This document shows positions 1 to 12,844 of a stretch of 64,000 nt of DNA, piece by piece. The DNA is from Eledone cirrhosa. Lineage: Eukaryota. Position 1 is the stretch's first letter. Each line of letters begins with the position of its first letter. The position numbers and the translations under genes were made by a program. The stretch is from positions 248,001 to 312,000 of the forward strand of contig CAXHJY010000133.1 of NCBI GenBank assembly GCA_964016885.1, written 5' to 3'. A model generated the notes under the pieces. The model saw nothing but the letters and a program-made list of their open reading frames with translations, made no database searches and was not told the DNA's origin.

Positions 1-67
1 ACTAACACACACACACATATATATATATATATACATACATATTTCTGTTTAAAGTATGTACACACTA

Positions 68-105
<38 letters not shown>

Positions 106-132
106 TAGTGTGTACATATTTTAAACACAGAA

Positions 133-205
<73 letters not shown>

Positions 206-248
206 CACATGTTTCTGTGTGTATATATGTGTTAACGTTATATATATA

Positions 249-347
249 CAGTGTCCTCCAAAAATGTATATACACTTTCATTACCTATACAGGCAATATT
301 TATTAGAATGCTGTTGAAGTGTGTATACATTTTTGGAGGACACCCTG
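249..347. mobile_element. ~100 bp Tc1/mariner-like MITE (related partial copies near 18755-18815, 25158-25222, 57846-57876)
   Basis: Terminal inverted repeats CAG(GG)TGTCCTCCAAAAATGTATA(T/C)ACACTT flanked by TA; no coding capacity. Confidence 0.6.
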
Positions 348-747
348 TATATAAGTGTGTGCACACACACATATATATATATGTATGTATGTATATAGAT
401 AAATATATACGTTTCGTTTCTTTGTGTATTTTTTATAGGTATAAAAATAACAACAAACATTTGCTGATGGTGACACTACATACCATGTATGTAGCAGATA
501 CATATTTTATATTGTATATATTATATATTATATGGTATATATATGGTATATATTAAATATGATATATATTATATGTTATATATATATGGGTTGACTGATG
601 AGGCTCAAGTTTCGCCGAGCCGGCAGCTAATATATCCAGTGTTTATATATATATATATATATGAAAAAATTAGCTTTAAAATCATTTTTAATTCCTTACA
701 CATGTCTCAAGAGAGCTATATATCAAATTATTCGAAAGGTGAAAATT

Positions 748-815
<68 letters not shown>

Positions 816-819
<4 letters not shown>

Positions 820-1185
820 GGGAGGGTCATATTTGCGTAATATTGCCAGAATTAATAACAGAACACACTCACTGTTTGGTTGGTTTTCGCTTCTCGCTGT
901 CTTTTATATATATATATCTGCGATCTAACTTACTCGGTCCTCAATGTTGCCATTGACTGACCGGCGGTCAAAAATAATACAGATACAATATAGACAAACA
1001 CATATATATATAGTTTACATAATTTACATAAATCTTTCGTTGCACATCTGCAACATCGTCAGTGAGTGTGTTCTGTTATTAATTCTGGCAATATTACGCA
1101 AATATGACCCTCCCCAAATATAACAATATCTGTTTCGACACACGATTTCATATAAAAAACCTCGCAAAACTAATTCATCGCCGCT
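816..1185. mobile_element. PLE 3'-end fragment with internal inversion and hammerhead-like motif (relatives at 26130-26430, 33497-33780, 58283-58420)
   Basis: 816-873 is inverted at ~1059-1118; minus strand ~1030-1062 reads CTGACGA-TGTTGCAGATGTGCAAC-GAAA; (TA)n on both sides. Confidence 0.6.
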
Positions 1186-1258
1186 ATATATATATATATG
1201 TATATATATGTATATATATATGTATGTATATATATATATATGTATATATATATATGTG

Positions 1259-1359
<101 letters not shown>

Positions 1360-1386
1360 GTATATATATATGTATATATATATATG

Positions 1387-1456
<70 letters not shown>

Positions 1457-1457
<1 letters not shown>

Positions 1458-1584
1458 CGTTTCTGAATTTGTTTAGCAAGATTCTTTATCTGAAATCGTG
1501 TGTTGAAACCGATATTGTTATACTTTGAAGTGAAAGCAACTGGTGCGTGTGTTTCTTATTGGCAACATGACCCTCCCAAAGTAT

Positions 1585-1590
<6 letters not shown>
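1457..1590. mobile_element. Short rearranged 3'-end fragment of the PLE family whose coding remnant is at 52741-54253 (also 35880-35990, 40312-40555)
   Basis: Near-identical to 52741-52860 with an internal inversion; flanked by (TA)n. Confidence 0.65.
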
Positions 1591-1650
<60 letters not shown>

Positions 1651-1653
<3 letters not shown>

Positions 1654-2210
1654 GATAAATCTACCAAGAGTTTACGGTAGTGTCCAATCCGTATGAAGAA
1701 CTCAATGTAATCCGGATATCATGGAAAGAAGAGATGCAATGAAAAATCACTTTCGGTGAAAGATAAACGGAATACAGAGTCAAGATAAAATATTAAAAAA
1801 ATAATGAATAAAACAATGAAACAGTTCCTTATATTAAACAAAAAAAGTTCATTATTTAACGATCGTTTCTAGGATATATATGTGTTAGAATTGGCATGCA
1901 TATTCAACAGATCTATGTACAAAATTATACAAAATTATACAAACTATCAAAATTAAATATACATACCAACACATATATATGCCGTCTTCAGAAATAATTA
2001 TTTCTGAAGACGGCATATATATGTGTTGGTATGTATATTTAATTTTGATAGTTTGTATAATTTTGTATAATTTTGTACATAGATCTGTTGAATATGCATG
2101 CCAATTCTAACACATATATATCCTAGAAACGATCGTTAAATAATGAACTTTTTTTGTTTAATATAAGGAACTGTTTCATTGTTTTATTCATTATTTTTTT
2201 AATATTTTAT
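1651..2210. mobile_element. Fold-back PLE-derived element with a ~425 bp perfect palindrome (1785-2210) and a hammerhead in each arm
   Basis: Arms are reverse complements centred at ~1998; related pieces at 9445-9568 and 19203-19308. Confidence 0.7.
1997..2144 (+). ncRNA. Type I hammerhead ribozyme with extended stem II
   Basis: ATTATTT-CTGAAGA-[~115 nt]-GAAAC-GATC-GTT^AAATAAT; 7-bp stem I and palindromic stem III ACGATCGT. Confidence 0.65.
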
Positions 2211-2245
2211 ATATATGTATATATATATATGTATATATATATATG

Positions 2246-2300
<55 letters not shown>

Positions 2301-2409
2301 GTATATATATATGTATATATATACATATATATATATACATATATATGTATATATATATATGTATATATATATGCATATATATGTATATATATATATGTAT
2401 ATATATATG

Positions 2410-2487
<78 letters not shown>

Positions 2488-2495
2488 CATATATA

Positions 2496-2905
2496 TAAAA
2501 CCAAAGATTAATATGGTTCATTGAGTACTCAATGAATACAGTTTTACAATAGATTAAAAGCACTCAACAATGACATTTCCCTGGAGTTTTAATATAATTC
2601 AAAATATTAACAAATGAAGATATTCACATAATCAAAATATATGCTTTATTATATATATTTCGAAGGTACTGTGTCGTTGTTTTTTCCAGTACGTCCTCGT
2701 CAGATAAAATATATGATTTGATATCATCACATACCTCTGCGGTCTTGATATTTCAACACCGTAGAGGTATGTGATATATCAAATCATATATTTCATCTGA
2801 CGAGGACGTACTGGAAAAATCAACGACACAGTACCTTCGAAATATATATAATAAAGCATATATTTTGATTATGTGAATATGTTCATTTGTTAATATTTTG
2901 AATAA
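2496..2905. mobile_element. Fold-back PLE 3' end with hammerhead (family also at 17520-17690, 22235-22548, 22925-23210)
   Basis: Inverted arms ~2597-2905; plus arm CTGACGA(2797)-GGACGTACTG..CAGTACCTTC-GAAA(2839)-TATATA-TA^ATAAAG. Confidence 0.7.
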
Positions 2906-2999
2906 TACTATATATATATATATGCCTTAATTATTTCAAAACAGTACTAGACCCGTAGAAGTCTATACATACATACATACTTATATTTATAGACACACA

Positions 3000-3058
<59 letters not shown>

Positions 3059-3059
3059 G

Positions 3060-4577
3060 TTGTTGTTTTTGATTAGTGGTAGTAGTAGTGGTGGTAATAG
3101 TAGTTGTATTGGTAGTAGTATTGCTTGTGGTAACAGTAGTAATGGTAATAGTAGTAAATTGCTAGTAGTGGTGGTAGTAATAGTAGTAGCAGCAGCAGCA
3201 ATAATGAGAGCAGTTGTGTATACGAAAAATAGCAGTAATTTGGTGGCGGTGGTAGTAGTGGTGGTGTCGGTGGTGGTATTATTATGTAGACTTATTGGGG
3301 AAAAGGGTGGGGTAAGGTGAAGTAGAGTAGAAATGAGGGTGACACGGGCTGGGGATGGGGACGAAGAAATCAGAAAGGGCGTGGTAGGGGTGTAAAAAAT
3401 TCTTACGGGTAACACCGCCATCACCACAAACATCATTACCACAAACATCATTACCACAACCATCATCACCACCATCATTACCACAACCATCATCACCACC
3501 ATCATTACCACAACCGTCATCACCACTACCACCATCATTACCACAACCATCATCACCACCATCATTACCATCATCACCACCACCACCATCATTACCCCCA
3601 TCACCACCACCATCATCACCATCATTACCCCCATCGACACAACCACCATCATCATCATCATCACCAACACTACCATCATCATCATCATCACCACCATCAT
3701 TACCATTACCACAACCATCATCGCTACCAACACCGCAACCACTACCACCAACACCGACACCGCATGCCAAGCTGCCGCTTCTCAACCCCTAAAAGCAGAC
3801 CTTAATGTGATGGTATTTAATGGAAATGTTGATAATAATAGTAGCGGTGGTAGTGGTGTTGGTAGGGTTGGTGGTAGTTGTGGTAGTGGGGGTGGTAGTG
3901 GTGATGAAGAAAGTGGTGTCGAATTTGAGTATATAAAGAGGAATGGAGGGAGCTGATGGTGTTGATGGTAGTGTTGTTGTTGATGGTAATGGTGGTGGTA
4001 GTGTTGTTGTTGATGGTAGTGTTGGTGGTAGTGTTGTTGATGGTAATGGTGGTGGTAGTATTGTTGTTGATGGTAATGGTGGTGGTAGTGTTGGTGGTAG
4101 TGTTGTTGATGGTAATGGTGGTGGTAGTGTTGGTGGTAGTGTTGTTGTTGATGGTAATGGTGGTGGTAGTGTTGGTGGTAGTGTTGTTGTTGATGGTAAT
4201 GGTGGTGGTAGTGTTGTTGATGGTAATGGTGGTGGTAGTGTTGTTGTTGATGGTAATGGTGGTGGTAGTGTTGGTGGTAGTGTTGTTGTTGATGGTAATG
4301 GTGGTGGTAGTGTTGGTAATGGTGGTAGTAGTGTTGGTGGTAGTGGCGGTGGTGGTGGTAATGTTGGTGGTAGTGTTGTTGATGGTTATGGTGGTGGTAG
4401 TGTTGGTGGTAGTGTTGTTGATGGTAATGGTGGTGGTAATGGTCGTGGTAGTGGCGATGGTAGTGACGGTTCATCTCCTCCCACCTCCTCCTCTATTTCG
4501 CAGCCATGGGGACAACAGTTAACCCACGGGCACACTACTACTACTACTACTACTACTACTGCTAATAATAATACTAT

Positions 4578-4613
<36 letters not shown>

Positions 4614-4900
4614 AGCTGTCGTTATTATTACGACTACTACTATAACTACTGCTGCTGTTGCTACTATTACCACAACCACCACCACTATTACAACAACAAC
4701 CAATACTACTTCTGCTACTGTCAATACTACTGTTACAACTGCCACCATTACTACCGCTATCATCATCATAGCCGACATAATAATGGCGTAATCATCACAG
4801 TAGTCGTCAGGTATGTTAGTAATAGTAGCAACAACACTAGTAGTAGTAGTAGTGCTAGTACTAGTAGCAGCAACAGTAGTAACAGTAACAACATCAACAG
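3060..4900. repeat. Compound trinucleotide low-complexity region (GTA/GGT/CAT/ACC/ACT)
   Basis: Direct inspection; overlapping ORFs are homopolymeric. Confidence 0.9.
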
Positions 4901-5018
4901 CCGGAACAATAGTTGTTGTGTTAAAGAACCAAGCTAGACAATGCCGTGTATCTATTTATGGTAGCACCGACTGGTGTAGTATATGTATATGTGTATATAT
5001 AGAGAGGGGGGGGGGGAC

Positions 5019-5079
<61 letters not shown>

Positions 5080-5091
5080 TATATATATATA

Positions 5092-5127
<36 letters not shown>

Positions 5128-5223
5128 CTAAAGCAATGTTGCTAGCTACCGACCATATACATAGATATAATGTATGTATATTTGGTGCCTATATATATAT
5201 ACAAACAGAGAGAGATGCATAGG

Positions 5224-5290
<67 letters not shown>

Positions 5291-5465
5291 GTATGTGTGT
5301 GTGTATATATATATTATATATACAGGTACATAGAGAGAAAAAAGGTGTGTTTGAAGGAGAAAGAGGAGGGAGGCGGTGGTGGGTGAAAGGAATCCCAGAA
5401 AAATGTAGTTCCGGTTTGGCTCCGAACCTAAACAGCTGCAGCAAGATCGGGGGTTTATATATGCA

Positions 5466-5511
<46 letters not shown>

Positions 5512-5536
5512 AATAGGAACAAGATGTCAGAGTATC

Positions 5537-5574
<38 letters not shown>

Positions 5575-5577
<3 letters not shown>

Positions 5578-6115
5578 AAAGTTCTATTTAAATTGTTGGG
5601 ATATAGGAAATATTTTTATAGCAAATATTTTTATAACTGATATAAATAAAGCACTCAACAAATAATTGGAGTAAAAATACGATATTAACAAATGGAAACT
5701 ATATTTATAAAACCATATTTATTTCATTATACATATTTCAAGGACACCAAGTTAAATTATGGTGTGCTTTCATCAGATAAAATATAATATAGAGCAGTTT
5801 TATAAATAAATATTGACATACCCTTAAAGAATGCAACCATTATCCGGGAGCTTCGAACAGTAGTCGTTGCATTCTTTAAGGGTATGTCAATATTTATTTA
5901 TAAAACTGCTCTATATTATATTTTATCTGATGAAAGCACACCATAATTTAATTTGGTGTCCTTGAAATATGTATAATGAAATAAATATGGTTTAATAAAT
6001 ATAGTTTCCATTTGTTAATATATCGTATTTTTACTCCAATTATTTGTTGAGTGCTTTATATCAGTTATAAAAATATTTGCTTGTTGTATCCTAACAATTT
6101 AAATAGAACTTTTAC
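5575..6115. mobile_element. ~540 bp fully palindromic PLE 3'-end element with a hammerhead in each arm (family also 28561-28760, 56206-56571, 58001-58250)
   Basis: Both ends are the same terminus (GTAAAAGTTCT...AGAACTTTTAC); plus arm TATTTTAT-CTGATGA(5927)-AAGCACACCA..TGGTGTCCTT-GAAA(5964)-TATGTA-TA^ATGAAATA. Confidence 0.75.
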
Positions 6116-6117
6116 AT

Positions 6118-6171
<54 letters not shown>

Positions 6172-6173
<2 letters not shown>

Positions 6174-6581
6174 AAAGTTATATTTAAAATTGTTGGGTTA
6201 CAACTAGTAAATATTTATAACTGATATAAAAGCACTCGACAAATATTTGGAGTATATTTACAATATTAAATAAATGGAAACTATATTTATAAAACCATAT
6301 TTATTTCATTATATATATTTCGGGGATATCATATTAACAATATGCTATGCCTTCCTCAGACAAAATACAATATAAACAGTTTTATAGATAAATATATTCG
6401 AGCGTAAACCTCTCCAAATGGAAGTCGGTGTTTATAACGGTATGTCGAATATATTTATCTATAAAACTGTTTATATTGTATTTTGTCTGAGGAAGGCATA
6501 GCATATTGTTAATATGATATCCCCGAAATATATATAATGAAATAAATATGGTTTTATAAATATAGTTTCCATTTATTTAAT

Positions 6582-6586
<5 letters not shown>
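6172..6586. mobile_element. Fold-back PLE 3' end with hammerhead, sister subfamily of 5575-6115
   Basis: Inverted arms; plus arm TATTTTGT-CTGAGGA(6487)-AGGCATAGCATATT..AATATGATATCCCC-GAAA-TATATA-TA^ATGAAATA. Confidence 0.75.
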
Positions 6587-6651
<65 letters not shown>

Positions 6652-6875
6652 TATATTCATATATTTAAAAGAAATTAAATATGTTATCTGTTCACATACC
6701 ACCGTCTCCAACCACGATGAGAATTTTATCAATAAACACCTCTTTTTTTCTCTTTCTTTCTCTCAATATGTGTGTGTGTACATATATATATGTATATATA
6801 TATATACGTTTAGTATTCTATGAGTTTTAAACACAGCTTGTTTCCAAAATATGGCATTATCTATACACGCAATTA

Positions 6876-6971
<96 letters not shown>

Positions 6972-7057
6972 TGTGTAGACGTATATGTTTCTGTGTGTGT
7001 ATGTGTATATATATATATACATATGTATATACATATGTATATAAATATACATATTTA

Positions 7058-7121
<64 letters not shown>

Positions 7122-7248
7122 CACATATATATATATATACATAAACATATATATATATATACACATATATATATATACATAGACATATATATATACATTT
7201 ATATACATACACATATATATATATATATATATACACATATATATATAC

Positions 7249-7285
<37 letters not shown>

Positions 7286-7425
7286 TATATATACATATAT
7301 ATACATATATATACATATATATATGTATATATATATACATATATACACATAAAATGATGATGATGATGATGATGATACATATATATATGTATATATATAT
7401 ACATATATATACATATATATATATG

Positions 7426-7549
<124 letters not shown>

Positions 7550-7887
7550 CATATATATATGTATATATCTATGTATATATACATATATATATACATATAT
7601 ATATGTATATATACATATATATATACATAGATATATACATATATATATACATATATATATACATATATATATACATATATATATATATATACATATGTAC
7701 ATATATATATATATATACACACACATATATATATATATATATATTTATACACACACACATATATATATATATATCTTTTTAAAATATTTACACTTTCGTT
7801 CTTAAATGTACGGAGTATAAAGTTGAATAACGGTTTTACTAGTTTCAAATGGTGACATATTTTCTACTTTTGGGTCCCAAATAATAG

Positions 7888-8190
7888 AGTGGTGGTGGTG
7901 GTGGTGGTGGTAGTGGTGGTGGTGGTAGTGGAGGTGGTTGTTGTGGTGGTGGTGGTGGTGGTGGTGACGGTTGTGATTGTGATGGTGGTGAAGGTGGTGG
8001 TGGTGATGATGATGATGGTGGTGCTGCTGGTGATGATGATGATGGTGGTGGTGATGATGATGGTGGTGGTGATGGTTGTGATGATGATGGTGCTGGTGGT
8101 TGTGGTGATGGAGGTGATGATGGTGGTTGTGGTGATGGAGGTGATGATGGTGGTAGTGGTAGTGGTAGTGGTAGTGGTGGTGGTGGTGGT
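7888..8190. repeat. (GGT/GAT)n trinucleotide tract
   Basis: Direct inspection. Confidence 0.9.
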
Positions 8191-8427
8191 GGACGGTGCC
8201 AGATTTACAATTGTGCTTAGGTGTGCTTCAGCACAGAGCCGCGTTGGCCAGGGGAAACCAATCTTCCTGCCCTCAAAATTTGTTTACGATCAATTTTTCA
8301 AATGTAAGAAGCCTCATAACTTAACTAGCACAGGGCCTCATTTGTCCTAATTCCGACTCTGGGGGTGGGGGACGACTATTCGAGATCCGAGAGTAGCTAT
8401 TTATCTAGCTACTTATAAACAATATAT

Positions 8428-8487
<60 letters not shown>

Positions 8488-8540
8488 AGAGAGAGAGAGA
8501 GAGAGAGAGAGGGGTGAGGGGGCGGGGATTTATATATATA

Positions 8541-8729
8541 TAACAAAGAAAGTGTGGTAAGGAACCAGGTGAACCATAACGCACCAGAGTACTCGATACT
8601 TAGGGTAATTGGAAAAGAGTCAGGCCCGACGGCTGAGCTCCGGCCGTTTCGACAGCTAGATCCGAACGTTTTGATCTAGCTGTCGAAACGGCCGGAACTC
8701 AGCCGTCGGGGTCCTGATTCTTTTCCTAT
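8541..8729. mobile_element. Member of a GC-rich fold-back family (about 11 pieces in the window) carrying a hammerhead 3' half
   Basis: Inverted arms around ~8667; GTC-GAAACGGC..GCCGTC^GGGGTC; shared terminus ...GGTCCACCTGGTTCCTTACCAC..CTTCGTTA next to (TA)n. Confidence 0.6.
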
Positions 8730-8823
8730 ATATATATTTACATATATATCTCAGATAGAGTAGGTAAAAACCAGGTAGACCATAACCCACCAGAGTACAC
8801 GATACTTGAGGTAGTAGAGTGGG

Positions 8824-8859
<36 letters not shown>

Positions 8860-8877
8860 ATTGTAACGTCCAATTAC

Positions 8878-9030
8878 TGTAGGTTCATTCTGTCATTACC
8901 ACAACAGAGCTCCGACGAGCTTTTGATTCCAGAGTCGGGCTAGATCGATACAGATCGAACCTTGAGCTGATCAACAGCGAAACGCGTGTCACTACTCAAT
9001 AAACGTAATGAAGATATAACAAATCCTTTT
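8878..9030 (+). ncRNA. Hammerhead-containing PLE 3' fragment (related copy 9740-9830)
   Basis: CCGACGA(8932)-GCT..AGC-GAAAC(8980)-GCGT-GTC then AATAAA; copy at 9743 has CTGAGGA-GCT..AGT-GAAAC-ATAT-GTA. Confidence 0.55.
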
Positions 9031-9044
9031 CATTATTATTATTA

Positions 9045-9170
9045 TGAGTTCAAATCCCGCCGAGGTTAACTTTGCATTTCATCCTTACGGGGTCGATAAA
9101 ATAAAGTACCAGTAATACACTGGTTAATTGCTGGCATTGTGCCAAAAGTAGAAACAATTATTATTATTAT
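9045..9170 (+). mobile_element. 5'-truncated tRNA-derived SINE (octopus-type)
   Basis: B-box-like GAGTTCAAATCCC, core GCCGAGGTTAACTTTGC.TTTCATCC, (ATT)n tail; several copies in window. Confidence 0.75.
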
Positions 9171-9380
9171 ATATATGTGTATGTGTGTGTGTGGGGGGGG
9201 GGGGTGTATTTAATGTAAATCGGGTGTGGGTTAACCACAAAGATACTCAATACGTTAGAAGACTCTCGACATCTTTATTATATTATAGAAATAACTTCAA
9301 CTTCACGACTAAAACTGCTGATTACTTACGAATGAAACAGTTGTAGTCCTGTAGAAGTCATTTCTTTAACACGCACACAC

Positions 9381-9450
<70 letters not shown>

Positions 9451-9566
9451 TAATAAAAATAATGAATAAAAACAGAAACAGTTCCTTATATTAAAAAATT
9501 CATCATTTTACGATCGTTTGTAGGATATATATGTGTGTGTTGGTATGTATATCATATAGATCTATG

Positions 9567-9717
<151 letters not shown>

Positions 9718-10224
9718 CGCAACTCTACATGTTAAAAGATATCTGAGGAGCTTTCGATTCCAGAGTCAGGTTCGATCATCAATAGATCGTTCCTCGAGCT
9801 GATCGACAGTGAAACATATGTAATGAAATATGTATATGATGCAACACTGATTCTTTATATATCGGATCTTTCGCCTACTTTCCCTTACCAACACCCCATT
9901 TTCCTAACTTCTTTCCTAACCTTCTCACACTACTTTCATACATCCACCTGTTCTCACTTTATCCGAACTTTCCCCATGAAGGACCTCTGTCCGAAACGTT
10001 GAACCCTTCTCCATTTCCTCCAATCGTGAAGCTAATATCACTGTGTATTTTTGCATTCCTGTGTTTATTTTGTTTTGTTTCATATATATTCTCTCTAATG
10101 ACTCCACCTGTGTATATTTTCTTCTATGGAATATGTATTTGGTATATATACAATATACACCGTTTCCTATACGATATATGGTTCTTCCTCTCTCTCTCTC
10201 TCTATATATATATCTTCTTCATTT

Positions 10225-10260
<36 letters not shown>

Positions 10261-10263
<3 letters not shown>

Positions 10264-10525
10264 TCATCATCATCATCATTTTACCTCCGCTTGCAAGGGT
10301 GGGACGGGTCTTATTCAGCACAGCATCTCTCCACTCGTCACGGTCCCTCGTCATCTCCACCGTGAGCTTCAATGATCTGAGGTCTGTTTTCACCACCTCC
10401 GCCCATGTTTTTCGTGGTCTACCTCTACCACGTCTTCCTTCAACTGGCAATTCCTGGCACTTCTTCACCCATCGGTCATCCTCCATGCGCATCACATGTC
10501 CATACCACCTCAGTCTCCTCTCCCA
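10261..10525 (-). mobile_element. 3' end of an RTE-clade LINE
   Basis: Translation ...VMRMEDDRWVKKCQELPVEGRRGRGRPRKTWAEVVKTDL...DRDEWR, typical RTE C-terminus, followed by (ATG)n tail. Confidence 0.8.
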
Positions 10526-10556
10526 TATATATATATATATGTGTGTGTGTATATAT

Positions 10557-10835
10557 GGGGTTCTAAGGCCCTCAACTCTTTAATAAATTGCCAAGAAATT
10601 TCAGATTTCAGAGATCTGCATGGTGTGGACCTGGATGTTTTCAAGAAACATCTTGACACTCTGCTATCCTGGACCCCATATGAACCAACAGTACAGACGA
10701 AGGTAACGCAAGGGCAGCAGCAACGAACTCCCTCCTACATCAATGGCCTGCCAGACTGGATATAGAACGTGTAAGCAATAAGGGCAGTGCCCCAGCATGG
10801 CCTCAGCCGGATGGCTGGAACAGGTAAAAGAATAA
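10557..10835 (+). mobile_element. Decayed 3' end of a LINE (CR1/L2/Jockey-like)
   Basis: FRDLHGVDLDVFKKHLDTLLSWTPYEP resembles LINE ORF2 C-termini; A-rich tail. Confidence 0.5.
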
Positions 10836-10983
10836 AAGAGTATATTTATAGTGTATGTAATTCAGTGAATGGTGGTGGTGGTACCAATATGAACACTCGA
10901 TACTCAAGCAGAGTGTATACATATATATACATATATACATATATATACATACAATAAGAAAAACTATGGTATGTATATATATG

Positions 10984-11015
<32 letters not shown>

Positions 11016-11048
11016 TGTATGTATATATGTATGTATATATGTATGTCA

Positions 11049-11480
11049 GGTCACCAGTTGGTGCTACTGGTAACATGTATCCCAGTACAACCTGTCTCAT
11101 GGTCGGGTCGTTGGCGACTAAACTTGCAACCCCACCAAGGTTTCTTGGTGAGGAGGGTGACTTTGGACATCCTGCAGGACCAAAAACAAAACCTGTCAAA
11201 GGGCAAAGGAGCTCTTAAGAGTCAATGGCCATCCAAAATCACAGGGAGAGATGACCCCTTAACCTTTGTCAAGGCAGAATTCTAGGAGAAGGAAAACTCT
11301 GCTATAACACCTGCAACCCTGGTGGTATTCAATGATGTTGACTTGTTCTTCTTTTTGGTAAATATCATCTTGGTTAAGAGACTGGGACTAGCTTTGTGCA
11401 GTGCCTTTGCTCACTATAAAAGCTTCACGGCACAGGCATTGCTTTATATCTGGAGATCTCTCTGCACTTGTCGTCACATG
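11049..11480 (+). mobile_element. SINE-like interspersed repeat related to 11670-11911
   Basis: Shares blocks (GATGTTGA..TTCTT, GCACAGGCATTGC) with 11670-11911 and 57548-57790. Confidence 0.45.
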
Positions 11481-11489
11481 GTACCATAG

Positions 11490-11652
11490 GTCCAGCATTA
11501 TGTGTCAATAATTGTCACAAGTGTAGTGTTTGTACCAGAGTTTTCAAGTCGCTGGCTGGACTAAAAAGTCACACTCGTTCAGCGCTTCGGTAGGGGTTCT
11601 CCTACATGGATATAAAGTAGTGGCCGTACTCGAAAACGAGTTGGCAGCCACC
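11490..11652 (+). mobile_element. 3' end of an RTE/BovB-like LINE with C-terminal zinc-finger remnant
   Basis: 11513-11593 reads CHKCSVCTRVFKSLAGLKSHTRSALR*; 3' stem-loop ACTCG-AAAA-CGAGT. Confidence 0.55.
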
Positions 11653-11669
11653 ATATATGTATATATCTC

Positions 11670-11911
11670 AGGAAACTGGGATAACTCCGATATAAAACCT
11701 GCGGCTCAGTAGTTACCGATGATGTTGATCTTTTCTTCTTTTCGGGTTATAGCTACTGTCGCTCAGAGAGTGGGATTGGCTCAGTGCACAGTCTTTCCTC
11801 ACTTTAAAAAATATCTTCACGCACAGGCATTGCACGATAGAATTAATTAATAATTATTAATAATGGTATATCGCGCAATGGCCATACTCGATAACGAGGG
11901 GGCAGCCATCA
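11670..11911 (+). mobile_element. SINE 3' portion with RTE-like tail (near-identical copy on minus strand at 57548-57790)
   Basis: Two dispersed near-identical copies; tail TGGCCATACTCGATAACGAGGGGGCAGCCATC. Confidence 0.65.
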
Positions 11912-12006
11912 TGTATGTATATATATATATGCCAAGCAAGAGGGTCGGTTTGGAAGCAGACTTTAATAATAACAACAACAATAATAATAATACAGAGTAG
12001 GTAACC

Positions 12007-12750
12007 TAATATTTAGAGAGAGTGAGAGGGGTGTGAACGGGGGTTGAGAGTGAGATAGGGAGAGAAATAGAGAGAGAGAGGAGTGTGAACGGGGTAAAGA
12101 GAGAGATAGGGGAGGGAAAGTTAGAGGGGTGTAAACGGGGTAGAAAGAGAGTGGAGTGAACGGGGTATAGAGAGAAAGAGATAGAAAGAGAGAGAGAGCG
12201 AGAGGGGTGTGAAGAGGATAGAGAGAAAGAGAGAAAAAGAGAGAGGTAGAAAGAGAGAGGGGGTGTAAACAGGTTAGAGAAAGAGAGAGAAGAGAAAGTG
12301 AGGGGGTGTGAACAGGGTAGAGAGAGAAAAATAGATGTAGGAAAACACGGAGAGAAAGAGAGGGGTATGAACAGGGTAGAAAGAGAGGTAAAAGAGAGAG
12401 AGGGGGCGTGAACGGAGTAGAGAGAAAAAAAGAGAGGTAGAACGACAGAGAGAGAGGGGTGTGAAGAGGCTAGAAAGAGAGGTAGAAAGAGAGAGAGAGA
12501 GAAAGGGAGAAGGGTGTGAACAGGGTAGAAAGAGAGGTAGGGCGAAAGAGGGAGAGGTAGGGCGAAAGAGAGAGAGGTAGGGCGAAAGAGAGAGAAGTAG
12601 AACGAAAGAGGGAGAGGTAGAACGAAAGAGAGAGAGGTAGAACGAAAGAGAGAGAGGTAGGACGAAAGAGGGAGAGGTAGGACGAAAGAGAGAGAGGTAG
12701 GACAAAAGAGGGAGAGGTAGAACGAAAGAGGGAGATGGGTGTAAACGTGG
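12007..12750. repeat. Purine-rich (GA) minisatellite ending in 20-bp units GAGGTAG(A/G)(A/G)CGAAAGAG(A/G)GA
   Basis: Direct inspection. Confidence 0.85.
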
Positions 12751-12844
12751 TAGATTGTAAAATATATAAATATAAACAAAACTGGGGAGATGTATTAATG
12801 GTAGAGAAAGTAGAGAAGGGAGACATTGTATGTGGTATGTATAA

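Noticed and set aside
588-640. CTGATGA-GGCTC..GAGCC hammerhead-like start
   Set aside because: GAAA is replaced by GGCA and stem I is unclear; at best a decayed copy.
1785-2210. Palindromes as read-chimera assembly artefacts
   Set aside because: The same architecture recurs in many families and most arm pairs carry mismatches, so they are judged real, though raw reads were not checked.
3002-4791. Long Gly/Val/His/Asp-rich ORFs resembling structural proteins
   Set aside because: Open in several frames on both strands because of trinucleotide repeats; no splice or domain support.
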